Assembly (NCBI GenBank): GCA_964489795.1
Contig: CAZBAP010000001.1
Span: 199,818 to 263,817 of the forward strand
Source: an uncultured Flavipsychrobacter sp.
GTDB taxonomy: Bacteria; Bacteroidota; Bacteroidia; Chitinophagales; Chitinophagaceae
Reading direction: 5' to 3'
Length of the DNA stretch: 64,000 nt
Position numbers and translations under genes: made by a program. Below the pieces are notes generated by a model, which saw nothing but the letters and a program-made list of their open reading frames with translations, had not been told where the DNA came from and did no database searches. Position 1 is the first letter of the stretch; each line of letters begins with the position of its first letter. Below, one piece after another: positions 1 through 11,137 of this stretch.

Positions 1-1020
1 AAAATTCCACAGGAATAAATGCCTTGGAAACAATGCCTCAGGTGGTGTACACATAGCCACCAGCGCATCGGCAGCATGCCTCCACTCATTATAAGCCATC
101 AGCAGGTCACAGAAAAAGTCGTAGTAATATTGAAAATTGAGCAGGTTGTTCCCGGTTATCGTTCCGTTATGCAGAAAGGCAAATGTTGTATTGAACGAAG
201 CAAACGGGTTAGTATTATCTTTTAAGTAGCTCTTAAATTTACCATATGCATTATTCAAAGCATTTCCTGTGCTCTCTACAAAACTTTTGGAAAATACTTT
301 CTGATAAGCCTCATACACATCATTTGTAGTGACCAACGGTGTAGCTAACACATCAAAACGCGGCAGCCTGATCTCAGGCAAAGTCAGTACACCTGGAAAT
401 ATTTCCCCTGAGCCCTTTGCGCCTGCCTTAGCATTGAGCATCGCTATGATCTTGTCGGCATCGGTAATATTAACCAGCAATTTCCGTATAGTAACCGTGA
501 TCGTCTTGCCTTTATCATCGCATGAAGTAGCATCGCAGTTCTTGGCCGCTACTTCAAGCATTTCATAAAACATCAGGCAAACCTTATTTGCGAGAAAACC
601 GGCTGAGATATCAGTGTCTCCCGGTAGTTTGGGACTAAACGTATCTACCATCTCCCAGACAGGGTATATTGGCGCGCCGTTCTTTACAAAAACATCTTTG
701 TACAGGATTTCCTGTAGCACATCGTACGATCGGTAACTTTTATACTGCACCTGTTCGTCACTGTTCTCAACACCATGTACTATCAGGTACCCGTTTGATG
801 TAATACCGGTGCCCTTGGATATATATACGGTTTTCCCATCACCGGATGTCGTCACCTTCATACCGCAAACAATACCTATACCCAGCAGGTTAGTGCGTGT
901 CAGGCGCTCCTGTTGCTCGTTGAAAGCGAACGAATGATTCAGACTATCGGCACTGAGCACCTGATCAGGCTGAAAATCCGGATAGTCATATTCATGAGCA
1001 TCGTATTTAGTAGGTATCAT
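1..1020 (-). CDS. eCIS Afp13-like/baseplate-distal structural protein, 5' part (runs off window)
   Basis: Not in the ORF track. I translated it by hand from ATG 1020 (MIPTKYDAHEYDYPDFQPDQVLSADSLN...GIGIVCGM...NCDATSCDDKG...QYYYDFF...FPRHLFL) and it is open to position 1. It lies directly after the Afp12-like gene. Confidence 0.7.
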   Translation of the reverse strand, partial: MIPTKYDAHEYDYPDFQPDQVLSADSLNHSFAFNEQQERLTRTNLLGIGIVCGMKVTTSGDGKTVYISKGTGITSNGYLIVHGVENSDEQVQYKSYRSYDVLQEILYKDVFVKNGAPIYPVWEMVDTFSPKLPGDTDISAGFLANKVCLMFYEMLEVAAKNCDATSCDDKGKTITVTIRKLLVNITDADKIIAMLNAKAGAKGSGEIFPGVLTLPEIRLPRFDVLATPLVTTNDVYEAYQKVFSKSFVESTGNALNNAYGKFKSYLKDNTNPFASFNTTFAFLHNGTITGNNLLNFQYYYDFFCDLLMAYNEWRHAADALVAMCTPPEALFPRHLFLWNF

Positions 1021-1039
1021 GGTCGATCTCTTTTATTAA

Positions 1040-4000
1040 TTATAAATTAGTTTGATTCAGAAACACAGGATTATCATCATTGCCATCAATACAATCATGT
1101 AACGTAGCCGGCCAGTATACGCTCTTTAGTTGTTTGAATTCACACACCAGGTTCTTCAACGGATTAGCAGTAACACCACCTTTTGTCTTACACAAGTCAT
1201 CAACGGGCGGATTGATATAAATATCCTTCAGCCAATTGATATACGCTGTCTCGAAACTGGCATATACATCGGCTTTTACCCAGCATATTTTACACAATAC
1301 ATGCGCCGGCAACTCGGCACGTATGGTATTATTCGCAAATCGCCGGAATTCGGCTGTAGCATAATCAGCCTCTCCGTTAAATACAAATGTGACGCTATAA
1401 GAATAAGGATCCTCCTCACCGCAAAACTTACAATTATCTTCAACACAAATGTCCAGCAGGGCGTCATTAACCGCTCTTGGCCTCAGCAGTATGTGCTCTA
1501 CGATCAGAAAATGTTCGTCATTAAGATGCGCGCCGGCAAAATCAACAATGGCACTAATAGCGTCATTTGCTTCACTTATAGTATCAAAACCTGTGGCATA
1601 GGCAACAGAAGGCGTACCTAATTCTATTTTGTATTTAACGCCATCTGCCTTTACTGTATAGTTAGCGCTGTTATTTACAAGTTTCAGTATCTCAGCCATG
1701 CTAAAATTGATCTCTTTGATCAACTCATCCCTGTCATCATTCTTAAAACTATCGGGACTTTGCGCGGTAAGGAAAATGTTACCGTTGTCGTCACAAAGGG
1801 TCAGCGTTGTCGAAAACTGGTCGTCTGCCTTAACAATATCATAGTTAAAATAGTTAAGAGAAGGCCGCAAGCCCAAAAGCGCGCTTATGCGGTGATGCAA
1901 GCCGCTCTGATCCTTATATATATCAACATCTACCGTATTGGTATAATCAAAGCTTTGTGCCTTGTAAGCACTCTGATACGGAAACTGTTTAAGAAATGAA
2001 GTTTTTGTTTTGATCAGCTTGTCAGAACTTAGGGCAGCCTGGTTGCTGTATGAATAAAGCAGCAACGCGTATTCCGAGAACGACTCGCTGAAACGCGATA
2101 ATAAATGATCAAGAAAACGGTTCCGCCTGTCCGCATATTGCTCCTTGCTCTCGGTTATCTCATACAGGCTCATTTCATCCAACGAGTCATACAGATCATT
2201 GATACCCGCAATATCGCTGCCCAGCAAAACCGGGAAATATGTTTTGCTCACTGTATTGCTTATAGACAATAAATTCTTAAGATTAGACAACTGGCCTATA
2301 TAATTTACCAGCACCTGCTCATAAAATAACAGGTATGCTTTTAGCTGCTTTGCCTGAACCTGCCTCAGATCAGACGCATTGGATGGCAACCCTTCGTAAC
2401 CTGTTCCATAAACAAGGGGCATCGAATTTTGAACGGGAAAATACTCTGCAAGGGGATAGTAATTTCCATCAGGCACAGGGATATCAAGGTCTGTATCCTT
2501 CAACTTTGGCGAGTTATTGCTTCCCGCGATCATTTGAAGGGTATCCATCAGCTCGTAAACATCAGGCAGAAACGGGAGCCCGTTCTTAAACGCAAGCATT
2601 TTAGACCCCGCAATATAGAGCCGCGGCAGCATGTTTGCTGGCACATCCATCTGCCACGGATCAGATGATTTTATATCACCGTACTCGTCAAAGTCTACTA
2701 ATACAAAGTTCCTTACAGCCAGCACACCGGGTATATCCATCAGCAGGTTTATGATATCTGATGAATACAGCGTACGGTTTAGTTCAGTACGGTCAAGATC
2801 GTTTTCGTCAATAAATCCATGCGACAACTTAGGTCCATCGAATATCTGGTCTACCGTGCGCCCGGTCGCTTCCCCCTCTGCCGGTTCCAGCATTTCGGCA
2901 AGCGTACGAAACTTAATAGTAGGGTTAAAATACTCCCCTATCAGGTAATACGCATTGGCCAGCACCTCTTCTATATCTGCCTCAGGTTTCAGATCTATAT
3001 CCAGGCATACACCTACTTCTTTTACTTCTACTTCATCTATACAACAGAAGTCCTCGGTGATATTACGGTGACGCTGCAGGTATTTCTTTGCAGTGCCCAA
3101 TATGTTATAGACTGTCCTTATCTTATTAATATACCTGGCCGCTATCCCGGACTTCGACTTATCAGACAACACACCAATGATGTCAGCAATCGTCAATGCG
3201 CCTCGTACTTCGTCCTTTAACCAAACTAATTTAAACGGAACATCTGTTATCACGGCATCTGCTCCGTTACTCAGTGATATTTTAAACGAGGCTTTAACAC
3301 CTTTTCTGAGGGCCTTTTTCAGCTTAGAGTCATCGGTCAAAAGATTACCATACTTATCCGCAAGGCCATATACCGTCACTTTCTTTACAATAATACTTTC
3401 GTCAATAAAATAAGGTAGTAAAGCGGGATATGTCTCAGAAAACACGCCAAGCGACGGAAAGAAAATATCAAAAAACAGTGTTTCCTGTTTCATGTCCACC
3501 AGCACATGCGAACTGGTGCTGATCCTTCCGCTGTTCAGGTCTCCAAACCTGTTATCCGCGTCAAACTCTACCAGCACATCATACAAACCCTTCGGGATCA
3601 CCTCATGATCTTCCGGCTTTTCAGGTGGCGAGGGTGGTGTATATGTAAGTTCACTGCTTTTACAATCTACATATATCTTAGGCCCGCAATTGCACAAACT
3701 GCATTTTAACCATGCATTTTTTATACCATCCAGGTCTATGAGTGCTTTACGGTAATCTTTGATGGTCCATGGCGCTGTTGTCAGTATTTCACGCGCGGTA
3801 AAAAATGTCTGCTCATCGGTATTCACAACTCCGGGCTTCTCTACGGCAATCAGGTCCTTTACATCAAAAGACGAACGATAAGTAATATCAGTTATGGCAT
3901 AGCACAGCACTTCCAGGATCGTGATACCCGGATCATGTATATTATAATCGGTCCAGAGCTTACTGCCCAATTGCTGAATAAGTCCGATCCCTTGCTCACG

Positions 4001-4072
4001 CAGCTTATAGTAGTCCTGCCCGTCCGGCAGAACGAGATTCTTACTGATGGTTATATGCTCATTTACAGCCAC
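1040..4072 (-). CDS. eCIS baseplate protein, Afp12-like
   Basis: WTDYNIHDPGITILEVLCYAITD motif, C-terminal EHILLRP...DPYS...ELPAH. Start moved to GTG 4072, overlapping the upstream gene's end (track start 4168). Confidence 0.85.
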   Translation of the reverse strand: MAVNEHITISKNLVLPDGQDYYKLREQGIGLIQQLGSKLWTDYNIHDPGITILEVLCYAITDITYRSSFDVKDLIAVEKPGVVNTDEQTFFTAREILTTAPWTIKDYRKALIDLDGIKNAWLKCSLCNCGPKIYVDCKSSELTYTPPSPPEKPEDHEVIPKGLYDVLVEFDADNRFGDLNSGRISTSSHVLVDMKQETLFFDIFFPSLGVFSETYPALLPYFIDESIIVKKVTVYGLADKYGNLLTDDSKLKKALRKGVKASFKISLSNGADAVITDVPFKLVWLKDEVRGALTIADIIGVLSDKSKSGIAARYINKIRTVYNILGTAKKYLQRHRNITEDFCCIDEVEVKEVGVCLDIDLKPEADIEEVLANAYYLIGEYFNPTIKFRTLAEMLEPAEGEATGRTVDQIFDGPKLSHGFIDENDLDRTELNRTLYSSDIINLLMDIPGVLAVRNFVLVDFDEYGDIKSSDPWQMDVPANMLPRLYIAGSKMLAFKNGLPFLPDVYELMDTLQMIAGSNNSPKLKDTDLDIPVPDGNYYPLAEYFPVQNSMPLVYGTGYEGLPSNASDLRQVQAKQLKAYLLFYEQVLVNYIGQLSNLKNLLSISNTVSKTYFPVLLGSDIAGINDLYDSLDEMSLYEITESKEQYADRRNRFLDHLLSRFSESFSEYALLLYSYSNQAALSSDKLIKTKTSFLKQFPYQSAYKAQSFDYTNTVDVDIYKDQSGLHHRISALLGLRPSLNYFNYDIVKADDQFSTTLTLCDDNGNIFLTAQSPDSFKNDDRDELIKEINFSMAEILKLVNNSANYTVKADGVKYKIELGTPSVAYATGFDTISEANDAISAIVDFAGAHLNDEHFLIVEHILLRPRAVNDALLDICVEDNCKFCGEEDPYSYSVTFVFNGEADYATAEFRRFANNTIRAELPAHVLCKICWVKADVYASFETAYINWLKDIYINPPVDDLCKTKGGVTANPLKNLVCEFKQLKSVYWPATLHDCIDGNDDNPVFLNQTNL

Positions 4073-7000
4073 TTGTCTGAGATTTTTTCGCCTTCTGTTC
4101 AATAAATACGTTTTGCTTTGTCGCGTCCGCGGCCACAAGTATGCTGTATGATGCTGCCACCACCTCATCCAGGTCCGTCACATCACTATCATGAAACATC
4201 TTCAGCTCCAGTATTACATCTATATAAGACAATTCCTCAATAAAATTGAGAATTGACGACTTGACCACCTTACCGCCGAACTTAATATCTGCATTTACAC
4301 CAAAAGCCCAGGGGGTAAGAAATTCAATTATATCTTCCTTCAGCTTGTCCGAATAAAACGATTCATTACCCGATGCGTCGGCAGTGAGTATGACAGTAGT
4401 CTCTATCCTGATCTCTTCAAACTGCGGATTGACTATATGCCATGTCATATTACAGTTGGCGCGCGCGGTCAGGTAATCTTCTATATCCTGAAGCCTGCCC
4501 TTACTGGTATACGGCCTCAGGGGATCAATAGCGTTTTTATTGGTAAGATCAGGTATAGTAAGCACAGTAACATGTCCGGGTGCTTGCTCATTATATTTCG
4601 CAAGATCAGCATCCGGCTCGGGCATTATTATACTGCCGCACTTAGCATCTGCGCCGGCCGAGGCTGTTGTTAAAGGACGCGTATGGTTCAGGCATTTTAC
4701 TTTATGAATGTCTTCAAACTTTTCTAATACCAATTGCTCAATATCACGAATTGTTATCGCCCTGTTTTTATGCCGCAGCCGCTCACTGACCCTTGTGTAA
4801 AAACTCTGGGCGTCTTCCTGGTATCTGCCCCCGTAAGACGAGTATGGCTGGTCTGTCTTCTTAATAGAAGGGTCAGGATCTACAGGCTTAGTGATAGTAC
4901 CGGCTGGCAATGATGATGCTAAAAAGTCACTGGCATTGCCCTGGTCAAAGAAAGTTGCCTCTACGGCTTGGGCCTTTACATCTATCAGCTTGCAGACTTC
5001 TTCCGGAAGGCCGCTAACTGATGCCCTCAGCCAATGATATCCTGATGGCAGAATAGTATTGGTGCTTGTAGCCTCTTCGGGTATAGGGAATGACACTATG
5101 CCGGTTGATATTAGTTGCTGGGTGGTATCATTAATATCATTTTTGTCAAAGTCCTGCCATTTATTATCGTCCAGGTAGCTCCATGTTATGTGCTGCTTGG
5201 GCTTCTGCTGTTTCGGGTCTGTTGTTCCGTCTGATATTTTGAACAGCAGATTAACTTCCTGCGGAGGAACCACATTTTGCAGGCCTATATAGAATTCAGC
5301 CTGGTTGGGCGACTGTCCTCCGCCATCATCAGCACTGCAGTCGTGGAAGAACTGCGGCATCAGTTTTACTTTATTTGACACTACGTCATTATAGTCTACA
5401 TTATCTGTACCGAATGGATAGATATGGATGTATGAAGACGTGTCACTTTTAACAAACTTTACCGAGTCTGTAGATTCATAGCTCAGATATATAGACTGTA
5501 TCTTAGGCAGGTAGGGCTTAATGGGCTGGGTATCAGACGTGCCTGTTGCCAGGTTGATCAGGTATTTTTGCAGCGCCATGAAATAATCATCCCATTGAAA
5601 ATCGGCATTCAGCTCTATCTTCATAAATCCGTTCTTGCTCGATATGCTATACGGATTGTAGTCATCATCAAAACTGCTTACAGCGTCAGCGGGAATATAC
5701 TGCTCCACGCTGGGCACATGAGCGTAGGTCATCATCTGGCTATTGGCTCCCCAGAAAAGCTCCGTTTCGCCGGGGGCAGCCTTACCATGCTCCTTGTTGA
5801 GCACACTTGTAAATGTCCCATCCGTCCACACACCACTCTCAAGGAATTTGATCTGCGCCGTCGGGAAAAATTCATCGGTTAGGTTCCAGTCCATATCCTG
5901 GATCGTCTCTGTAAGGTCCGCCCATTCAATGAACAGTTTTATCTTTGTTTTAGGCTTTGTGAAAACCTCCCTGTTGCCTATAACAATAGACGATCCACGT
6001 TTAGGATTAGGCCCAAACGGAAAAAATGGTTTAGATGGGTCCGCGGTTCCGGCATCGGTTGATATGAGCAACTCTTTGATACCGTCCTTATTGCTTTGTC
6101 CTGAGAATGTGCCAACGTTTACTTTAATATCTACCGAGGCAACCTCTATGCTTTTCAGCGCGTCATACTGGTCTGTGGGATGGGTATCCCTGAGGTAGAA
6201 TTTAATTATGGGTACACCTGAAGTGTCAAAAGCCTGCTGATGGACATCAGTATCCACATGCACCTTTGCATCATAAGCAGTAACAGGAGGGTCTGACGGC
6301 AGTATACTCAACACTCCTACGGCAGTTGTGGCGGTGGCGGTCAGTTTCACTGTTTTCACTACAGACCAGCCTTTTTCCCTGGTTATATAGCAGTCGAATG
6401 ATTTATTATTGAGTCCGCCAAGTCCGGTCCCATTCCATGTTATTGTTACGGTCCGCTTCCCCTCTTTGAGAAAAAGGTTGGGCGATGCCAATGCAAAGCC
6501 TATATATGCTGTTGGCATTGCTATATCGGTCAGGTCACCATTTGTATACACTTTGTTTACAAATGGATGCCAGTCTGCATTATCAGAGGTGAGCTTAGCG
6601 CCTGCTCCATCTGAAGAATTAGCTATAGGTGAAGCAAAAAGCCTGCCCGCCTGCGATACACCGGATATCTTATCGGCCGATATAGCCCGGTAAAACGATG
6701 ACAGAAAAGCGACTTTGCTTTTATTCACTACAATATCATCATCGGTCTTATACACTACATCCTTGCCCAGGCTGTCTTTACCTGCTTTAAAAGCTGTCCC
6801 CTTGGCAATAAGATGCTCATTGGTCATATTAGCCAGCTCAAAAACAAGATGAACATGATTTGCTTCAGATGGGCTCGGGCTTAGCTTCAGTATGTCTTTA
6901 TAATAAAAATCAAGGTGACGCTGTGTATACGTATTTAACTGATCTGTAGCCGATTTCGTAAGATGCAGAAATGTAAGGAACAAAGCATAATGCGGCTCAT

Positions 7001-7952
7001 GGGTGTTCTGCGTGGTTACTGTGGCAACCAATTGCTTTTTGGCGTCTGCTACCACCCTGGCGTATGCCGCGAGAAAGTCAGCAAAAATGCTTGAAAACAG
7101 ATTGTGGTTCGCTACATGATTAATGATTGTCCATACATCTCCATCCTGTACCGGCAGCCGGTTATTGTCGAGGTCTACATCATCATTCGCGTTGGGGTCA
7201 TTCTCATCCTCTACAATGTAATTGTAGATGCTATTATCGTTCCTGATAACACTGTTATAATAAGTAGTCCAGTCGGTGGCAACAACTGTATCTGTGTCAT
7301 ATTTCACGATCCAGATATCTGAGAATCCCTTCTGTATAATATCCCCGGCGTTTTCCTGCTTATATGCCAGTATGGTCCAGTCGTTCAGGATAGTTTCATC
7401 CACCAACTTAGGACTATAGTAAATAGCTGCGGCCTTATAGTATGCCAGCAGGCGCCTGAATGCAGGTGCCAGCTTCACTTTTACCAGGTTAATGATACTA
7501 CGCTTCAGCGGAATATCATCCGGCAGGATCTTTTGAAAATAGTCCATCCGGTATGCCAGCGAGAACAGGCCACTATACAACCAGGCAAAATTCTTTTTTA
7601 ATGTATCTATATCGGCAAGTGTGCCGGTATTCAGGTCATCAGATTTTATAACATCAAATATGCCACGTATCGTGTCTTTATATAGACCCACATTCTGCAC
7701 AGCTATCAGCGCCAGTTGTGCCGATACATCTGCGTCAAAAAATGGCTGCCAGTTTTCCGTACTCACATCCGGCCCGGCATTAACGTTATAATATTTTACA
7801 TGCGCTGCCAGTTCCCTTGCGTAAACCAGCCAGTCGGCAAAAGTATGTTCCTCGGGAAGAACGTAGTTAGCTTCCAGCCCCGGTAACAGCCGCTCCTTGC
7901 GGTTCATACCGCTTCTCACCAAAGGATTTTTATTTGTAGAGCAGTCAGCCAT
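4059..7952 (-). CDS. eCIS baseplate J-like protein, Afp11-like
   Basis: PHYALFLTF...RHLDFYYKDIL and FYTRVSERLRHKNRAIT motifs; position between gp25 and Afp12. Confidence 0.9.
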   Translation of the reverse strand: MADCSTNKNPLVRSGMNRKERLLPGLEANYVLPEEHTFADWLVYARELAAHVKYYNVNAGPDVSTENWQPFFDADVSAQLALIAVQNVGLYKDTIRGIFDVIKSDDLNTGTLADIDTLKKNFAWLYSGLFSLAYRMDYFQKILPDDIPLKRSIINLVKVKLAPAFRRLLAYYKAAAIYYSPKLVDETILNDWTILAYKQENAGDIIQKGFSDIWIVKYDTDTVVATDWTTYYNSVIRNDNSIYNYIVEDENDPNANDDVDLDNNRLPVQDGDVWTIINHVANHNLFSSIFADFLAAYARVVADAKKQLVATVTTQNTHEPHYALFLTFLHLTKSATDQLNTYTQRHLDFYYKDILKLSPSPSEANHVHLVFELANMTNEHLIAKGTAFKAGKDSLGKDVVYKTDDDIVVNKSKVAFLSSFYRAISADKISGVSQAGRLFASPIANSSDGAGAKLTSDNADWHPFVNKVYTNGDLTDIAMPTAYIGFALASPNLFLKEGKRTVTITWNGTGLGGLNNKSFDCYITREKGWSVVKTVKLTATATTAVGVLSILPSDPPVTAYDAKVHVDTDVHQQAFDTSGVPIIKFYLRDTHPTDQYDALKSIEVASVDIKVNVGTFSGQSNKDGIKELLISTDAGTADPSKPFFPFGPNPKRGSSIVIGNREVFTKPKTKIKLFIEWADLTETIQDMDWNLTDEFFPTAQIKFLESGVWTDGTFTSVLNKEHGKAAPGETELFWGANSQMMTYAHVPSVEQYIPADAVSSFDDDYNPYSISSKNGFMKIELNADFQWDDYFMALQKYLINLATGTSDTQPIKPYLPKIQSIYLSYESTDSVKFVKSDTSSYIHIYPFGTDNVDYNDVVSNKVKLMPQFFHDCSADDGGGQSPNQAEFYIGLQNVVPPQEVNLLFKISDGTTDPKQQKPKQHITWSYLDDNKWQDFDKNDINDTTQQLISTGIVSFPIPEEATSTNTILPSGYHWLRASVSGLPEEVCKLIDVKAQAVEATFFDQGNASDFLASSLPAGTITKPVDPDPSIKKTDQPYSSYGGRYQEDAQSFYTRVSERLRHKNRAITIRDIEQLVLEKFEDIHKVKCLNHTRPLTTASAGADAKCGSIIMPEPDADLAKYNEQAPGHVTVLTIPDLTNKNAIDPLRPYTSKGRLQDIEDYLTARANCNMTWHIVNPQFEEIRIETTVILTADASGNESFYSDKLKEDIIEFLTPWAFGVNADIKFGGKVVKSSILNFIEELSYIDVILELKMFHDSDVTDLDEVVAASYSILVAADATKQNVFIEQKAKKSQTSGCK

Positions 7953-7954
7953 TA

Positions 7955-8398
7955 TTATTTATTAATTCGTACAATTGATTGTATCTCTGTCCCCTCCTCT
8001 TTCCAGAACGGGTAAACGAAATTATACCTGCTGTTGGTGGCGCTCACTACATAATCTACCTCTATCAGTATCAGGCCCTCCAGAATATTTTTTGTATTTA
8101 TCGTTATTTTATTCAGCTCTATCCTCGACTCATAAAAAAGTATTGCTGTTTCTATTTTTGACTTTATAAAGGTTATGGTACTGGTGTCCAGGCTTTCAAA
8201 TACAAGGGCGTCTAAGTTGCAGCCGTACTTCATATCCATCACCCGCTCACCTACCATTGTAGACAGTAGTATAGACAGGCTGTTATCTATGTCTTCCTCG
8301 CCACCCGTCATCGCTACAGATTTCGACACAATGTCAAACTGAGGGGGAAAACTCCATCCCTCGCCTATAAAATTCATATCGTTGCTTTCCTGTGCCAT
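7955..8398 (-). CDS. GPW/gp25-family baseplate wedge protein (Afp9-like)
   Basis: FIGEGWSFPP, LSTMVGERVM..YGC, ATNSRYNFVYPF. Likely start ATG 8398, since the track's 8548 start overlaps PAAR. Confidence 0.9.
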   Translation of the reverse strand: MAQESNDMNFIGEGWSFPPQFDIVSKSVAMTGGEEDIDNSLSILLSTMVGERVMDMKYGCNLDALVFESLDTSTITFIKSKIETAILFYESRIELNKITINTKNILEGLILIEVDYVVSATNSRYNFVYPFWKEEGTEIQSIVRINK

Positions 8399-8400
8399 AG

Positions 8401-8694
8401 TTATCCTCCTATGTTTACTGTCGGGCATCCTACCACAATGGCCCCGCCATGCGCGGTAGTATCCCCTACTCTTGCCGCCGGTTTGCCCGCTATCATTACT
8501 GTTGCCGATCCTTTTACTATAGAGTCCGGAGGACCGGTACACACGCACATATCACCCACACAGGCTGCCGGCATGCCACCTATCATTACCGTCATTGCGC
8601 CCGGTGGCATAACAGGGCCGCCAACATGCGGTATGGCCACCGGCTGCACCATCGGGCAGGTATGCATATCTCCTACTCTTGCGGCTAAAGGCAT
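8401..8694 (-). CDS. PAAR spike-tip protein (Afp10-like)
   Basis: PLAARVGD, PAACVGD, PAARVGD repeats with Cys/His metal ligands. Likely ATG 8694. Confidence 0.95.
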   Translation of the reverse strand: MPLAARVGDMHTCPMVQPVAIPHVGGPVMPPGAMTVMIGGMPAACVGDMCVCTGPPDSIVKGSATVMIAGKPAARVGDTTAHGGAIVVGCPTVNIGG

Positions 8695-8702
8695 TGCGTG
8701 TA

Positions 8703-10451
8703 TCAATTTATATTAACAATAGCTCCTTTCACGGTCGTTTGTCCCCCGGAGGTATATTCGGCCGTCATCTCTCCTTTTATCTTCAGCTCATTACTTGCTT
8801 TCACATCCACTTTCATCGCTTCGGTCTTAAAGTCGTTACTGGCTTTAATGGAAAAATCTTTTATACTCTCTATTTTAATACCCTGGTCGTTCATCACTAT
8901 TTTGTTTCCGTTCTGGTCTGTAAAAGACATCCCTTTGTCTTCCTCAGATATCACAAGCTTATTCCCCGCAGGCGTTTCTATATTGATGATCTTCTTCTCA
9001 TCGTCAAACATCAGTTTCATTTTCTCGCGCGATACATAACCCTTTATATGATTGGTATCCTTGGGCTGTGTATGCGCGGGCAGTTTACTGCTGTTCAGCA
9101 TACCCAGTACTACACCATGCCTGGGATCACTATCTATAAACCCCACTATCACTTCATCATTTAACTCAGGTCTGAAGAACATACCCCGTTCTTTCCCGGC
9201 ATCCAGCGATGCCACCCTGCACCATACCCCTTCATCACTCTTATGTATCACCGGCAGCCTTACCATGATACGGTCTTCACCATCCGGGTCAGACTCCAGC
9301 TTCGTCACCACGCCTATCTGCAGGCCGCTGACTGCCGGCAGCATAGCCCCGGCAAGCGGTTGCTGTACATTGTAAGTCTCCGCAAACCACTCATTATTTG
9401 TGCCAAACTGGACGTGCAAATGCCATTCTCCATGTTCTATCTGGTGCCTGATACCGGTCACATATATCTTGCCTTGAAACCTGTCCCCTACTCCATTCAG
9501 TTGAAAAATATTACCGGGCTTCAGCTTCGCGAAGCCCTCCACCTTTACACTTCCTCTTATCTTAGCCAGCCTCGACTTTTGCAGCCTTGCATCTGCCCAC
9601 TGCTGCAACTCCTGATCGGTGATCTTTCCGCTATGTATCATGGTCACGGGGTCAGGCGACGATGCTTTTGACAACTGGTCAGGCGTAAGATTACCGGCGG
9701 CAGGCAGGCTCGGCTCGGCGGCTTCCACCGAATCCAGTAATTCCTGGTCAGTATAATTCCATGCATTTGCTTTAACTTTTGGTACCTGTATACGTGCATC
9801 TATCTCCGCATCCAGGTCCAACACAGTAGATCCATACTGTACTGTAAGGCCGGGGGCAGCGTTAAGGTCAGGTTTCTTAATAGTTATCTTACCATCATCT
9901 ACCACCACAAACTTCCCGTTCACATCAGACCGGCACAACATAAAATCCCAGTCGGTACTATTGTATTGCACTACTTCCTTATGCTGGATAGTTGTGGGTT
10001 CTATATCGTTTTGCAAACTATAAGGGCCTATCAGGTCATCGAATATATCAGAGTCCTTCTTATCCCTGAAATACTTGCTCTTAGGCGCAATGGCCATTTT
10101 CATCGTCTCATCCTTACATTCAACTACCAGTAGTGAGGTTGTATTTTTCACCCTGATATTCTGTTTAACGACCATACCCTTGAATATCGTCTCTTCATCT
10201 GTGCTCCATCCTGCTTTTATCTCTATCTTCTTCCCGGGTTCAAATTCCGCGGCACTGCTGATAGCAAATGTCTCGGAGGCGGCATCACCGTCTATCAGAA
10301 TGATAGTGGCGGATGGTATCCTGTTTATTTCCTTTGTAACAATAATACTGGCTACCTGGTAGGTAGTGGGCATAGCCGTACCTTCGCTTAAAATAGTAAA
10401 CGTGCAAACCGATTTTGGCGCGTTGGATGGTATGGTACGTTCTGTGCTCAT
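8703..10451 (-). CDS. vgrG: VgrG/gp27-gp5 spike protein (Afp8-like)
   Basis: QYNSTDWDFM, GLQIGVV...DPDGEDRIMVRLP, FRPELNDEVIVGF; short beta-helix tail, no effector extension. Confidence 0.93.
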   Translation of the reverse strand: MSTERTIPSNAPKSVCTFTILSEGTAMPTTYQVASIIVTKEINRIPSATIILIDGDAASETFAISSAAEFEPGKKIEIKAGWSTDEETIFKGMVVKQNIRVKNTTSLLVVECKDETMKMAIAPKSKYFRDKKDSDIFDDLIGPYSLQNDIEPTTIQHKEVVQYNSTDWDFMLCRSDVNGKFVVVDDGKITIKKPDLNAAPGLTVQYGSTVLDLDAEIDARIQVPKVKANAWNYTDQELLDSVEAAEPSLPAAGNLTPDQLSKASSPDPVTMIHSGKITDQELQQWADARLQKSRLAKIRGSVKVEGFAKLKPGNIFQLNGVGDRFQGKIYVTGIRHQIEHGEWHLHVQFGTNNEWFAETYNVQQPLAGAMLPAVSGLQIGVVTKLESDPDGEDRIMVRLPVIHKSDEGVWCRVASLDAGKERGMFFRPELNDEVIVGFIDSDPRHGVVLGMLNSSKLPAHTQPKDTNHIKGYVSREKMKLMFDDEKKIINIETPAGNKLVISEEDKGMSFTDQNGNKIVMNDQGIKIESIKDFSIKASNDFKTEAMKVDVKASNELKIKGEMTAEYTSGGQTTVKGAIVNIN

Positions 10452-11137
10452 TCAGTCTTATTGATCGGAGGAAAAAATATCTCTGTTCCCTCCTTTATCT
10501 TTCTGAAATTCGAGATATTGTTCACCTTCGCAAGCTGTATGTAATACTTCGGATCTCCGTATATCAAATAACTAAGCCATGGCAGCGATTCTCCACGCTT
10601 TATAACCCTCCGGTGAGACAGGTCCGGCGATTGTTTCCGGTCAGCGGCAGTAGTCTTTTTTTCGTCCTCACTCTTCTTGATCGTTACTTTTACTGTAGCC
10701 CTTATCGGCGATCCGTCAGGGTTAAAGAGTTTGTAATTGATCGTCATTCCGGTGATCCTGCCTTTAAAGTCAAACGTACCCCATATCACATGCACATGCC
10801 TGGGCTCGTGCACCTTACCGTCAAGGCTGAAGGCCAGGTCCTGGAATTTCTTCAGAGAATCCGCTATCCCATCTGGATTAGGCTTACCATCAATGATGCC
10901 TGTATTGTCAAACAGGAATTCGAACGTAAATTCTTCCGGCTGTTTGAACGCGAATTTTTGCTGCTTGCCGCTGGTGCCCTGGCCCTGGCCGCCCTTGGTC
11001 TCCATCTTCAGGTCTATAGAATAGGTCTCAGGGTTTACAAGGGCATAGAACTCCCCTGCAAAGTCCTTCTCCGGCATTTCCGCCGAATTATAGGCCCTGA
11101 TCCACATCTTTTTTACCTCACCGCTGGTACTTGCCAT
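10448..11137 (-). CDS. CIS tube initiator / LysM-domain protein (Afp7-like)
   Basis: VNPETYS, FLFDNTG, F.PDGSPIRATV, C-terminal LysM-like IYGDPKYYIQLAKVN. Confidence 0.88.
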   Translation of the reverse strand: MASTSGEVKKMWIRAYNSAEMPEKDFAGEFYALVNPETYSIDLKMETKGGQGQGTSGKQQKFAFKQPEEFTFEFLFDNTGIIDGKPNPDGIADSLKKFQDLAFSLDGKVHEPRHVHVIWGTFDFKGRITGMTINYKLFNPDGSPIRATVKVTIKKSEDEKKTTAADRKQSPDLSHRRVIKRGESLPWLSYLIYGDPKYYIQLAKVNNISNFRKIKEGTEIFFPPINKTE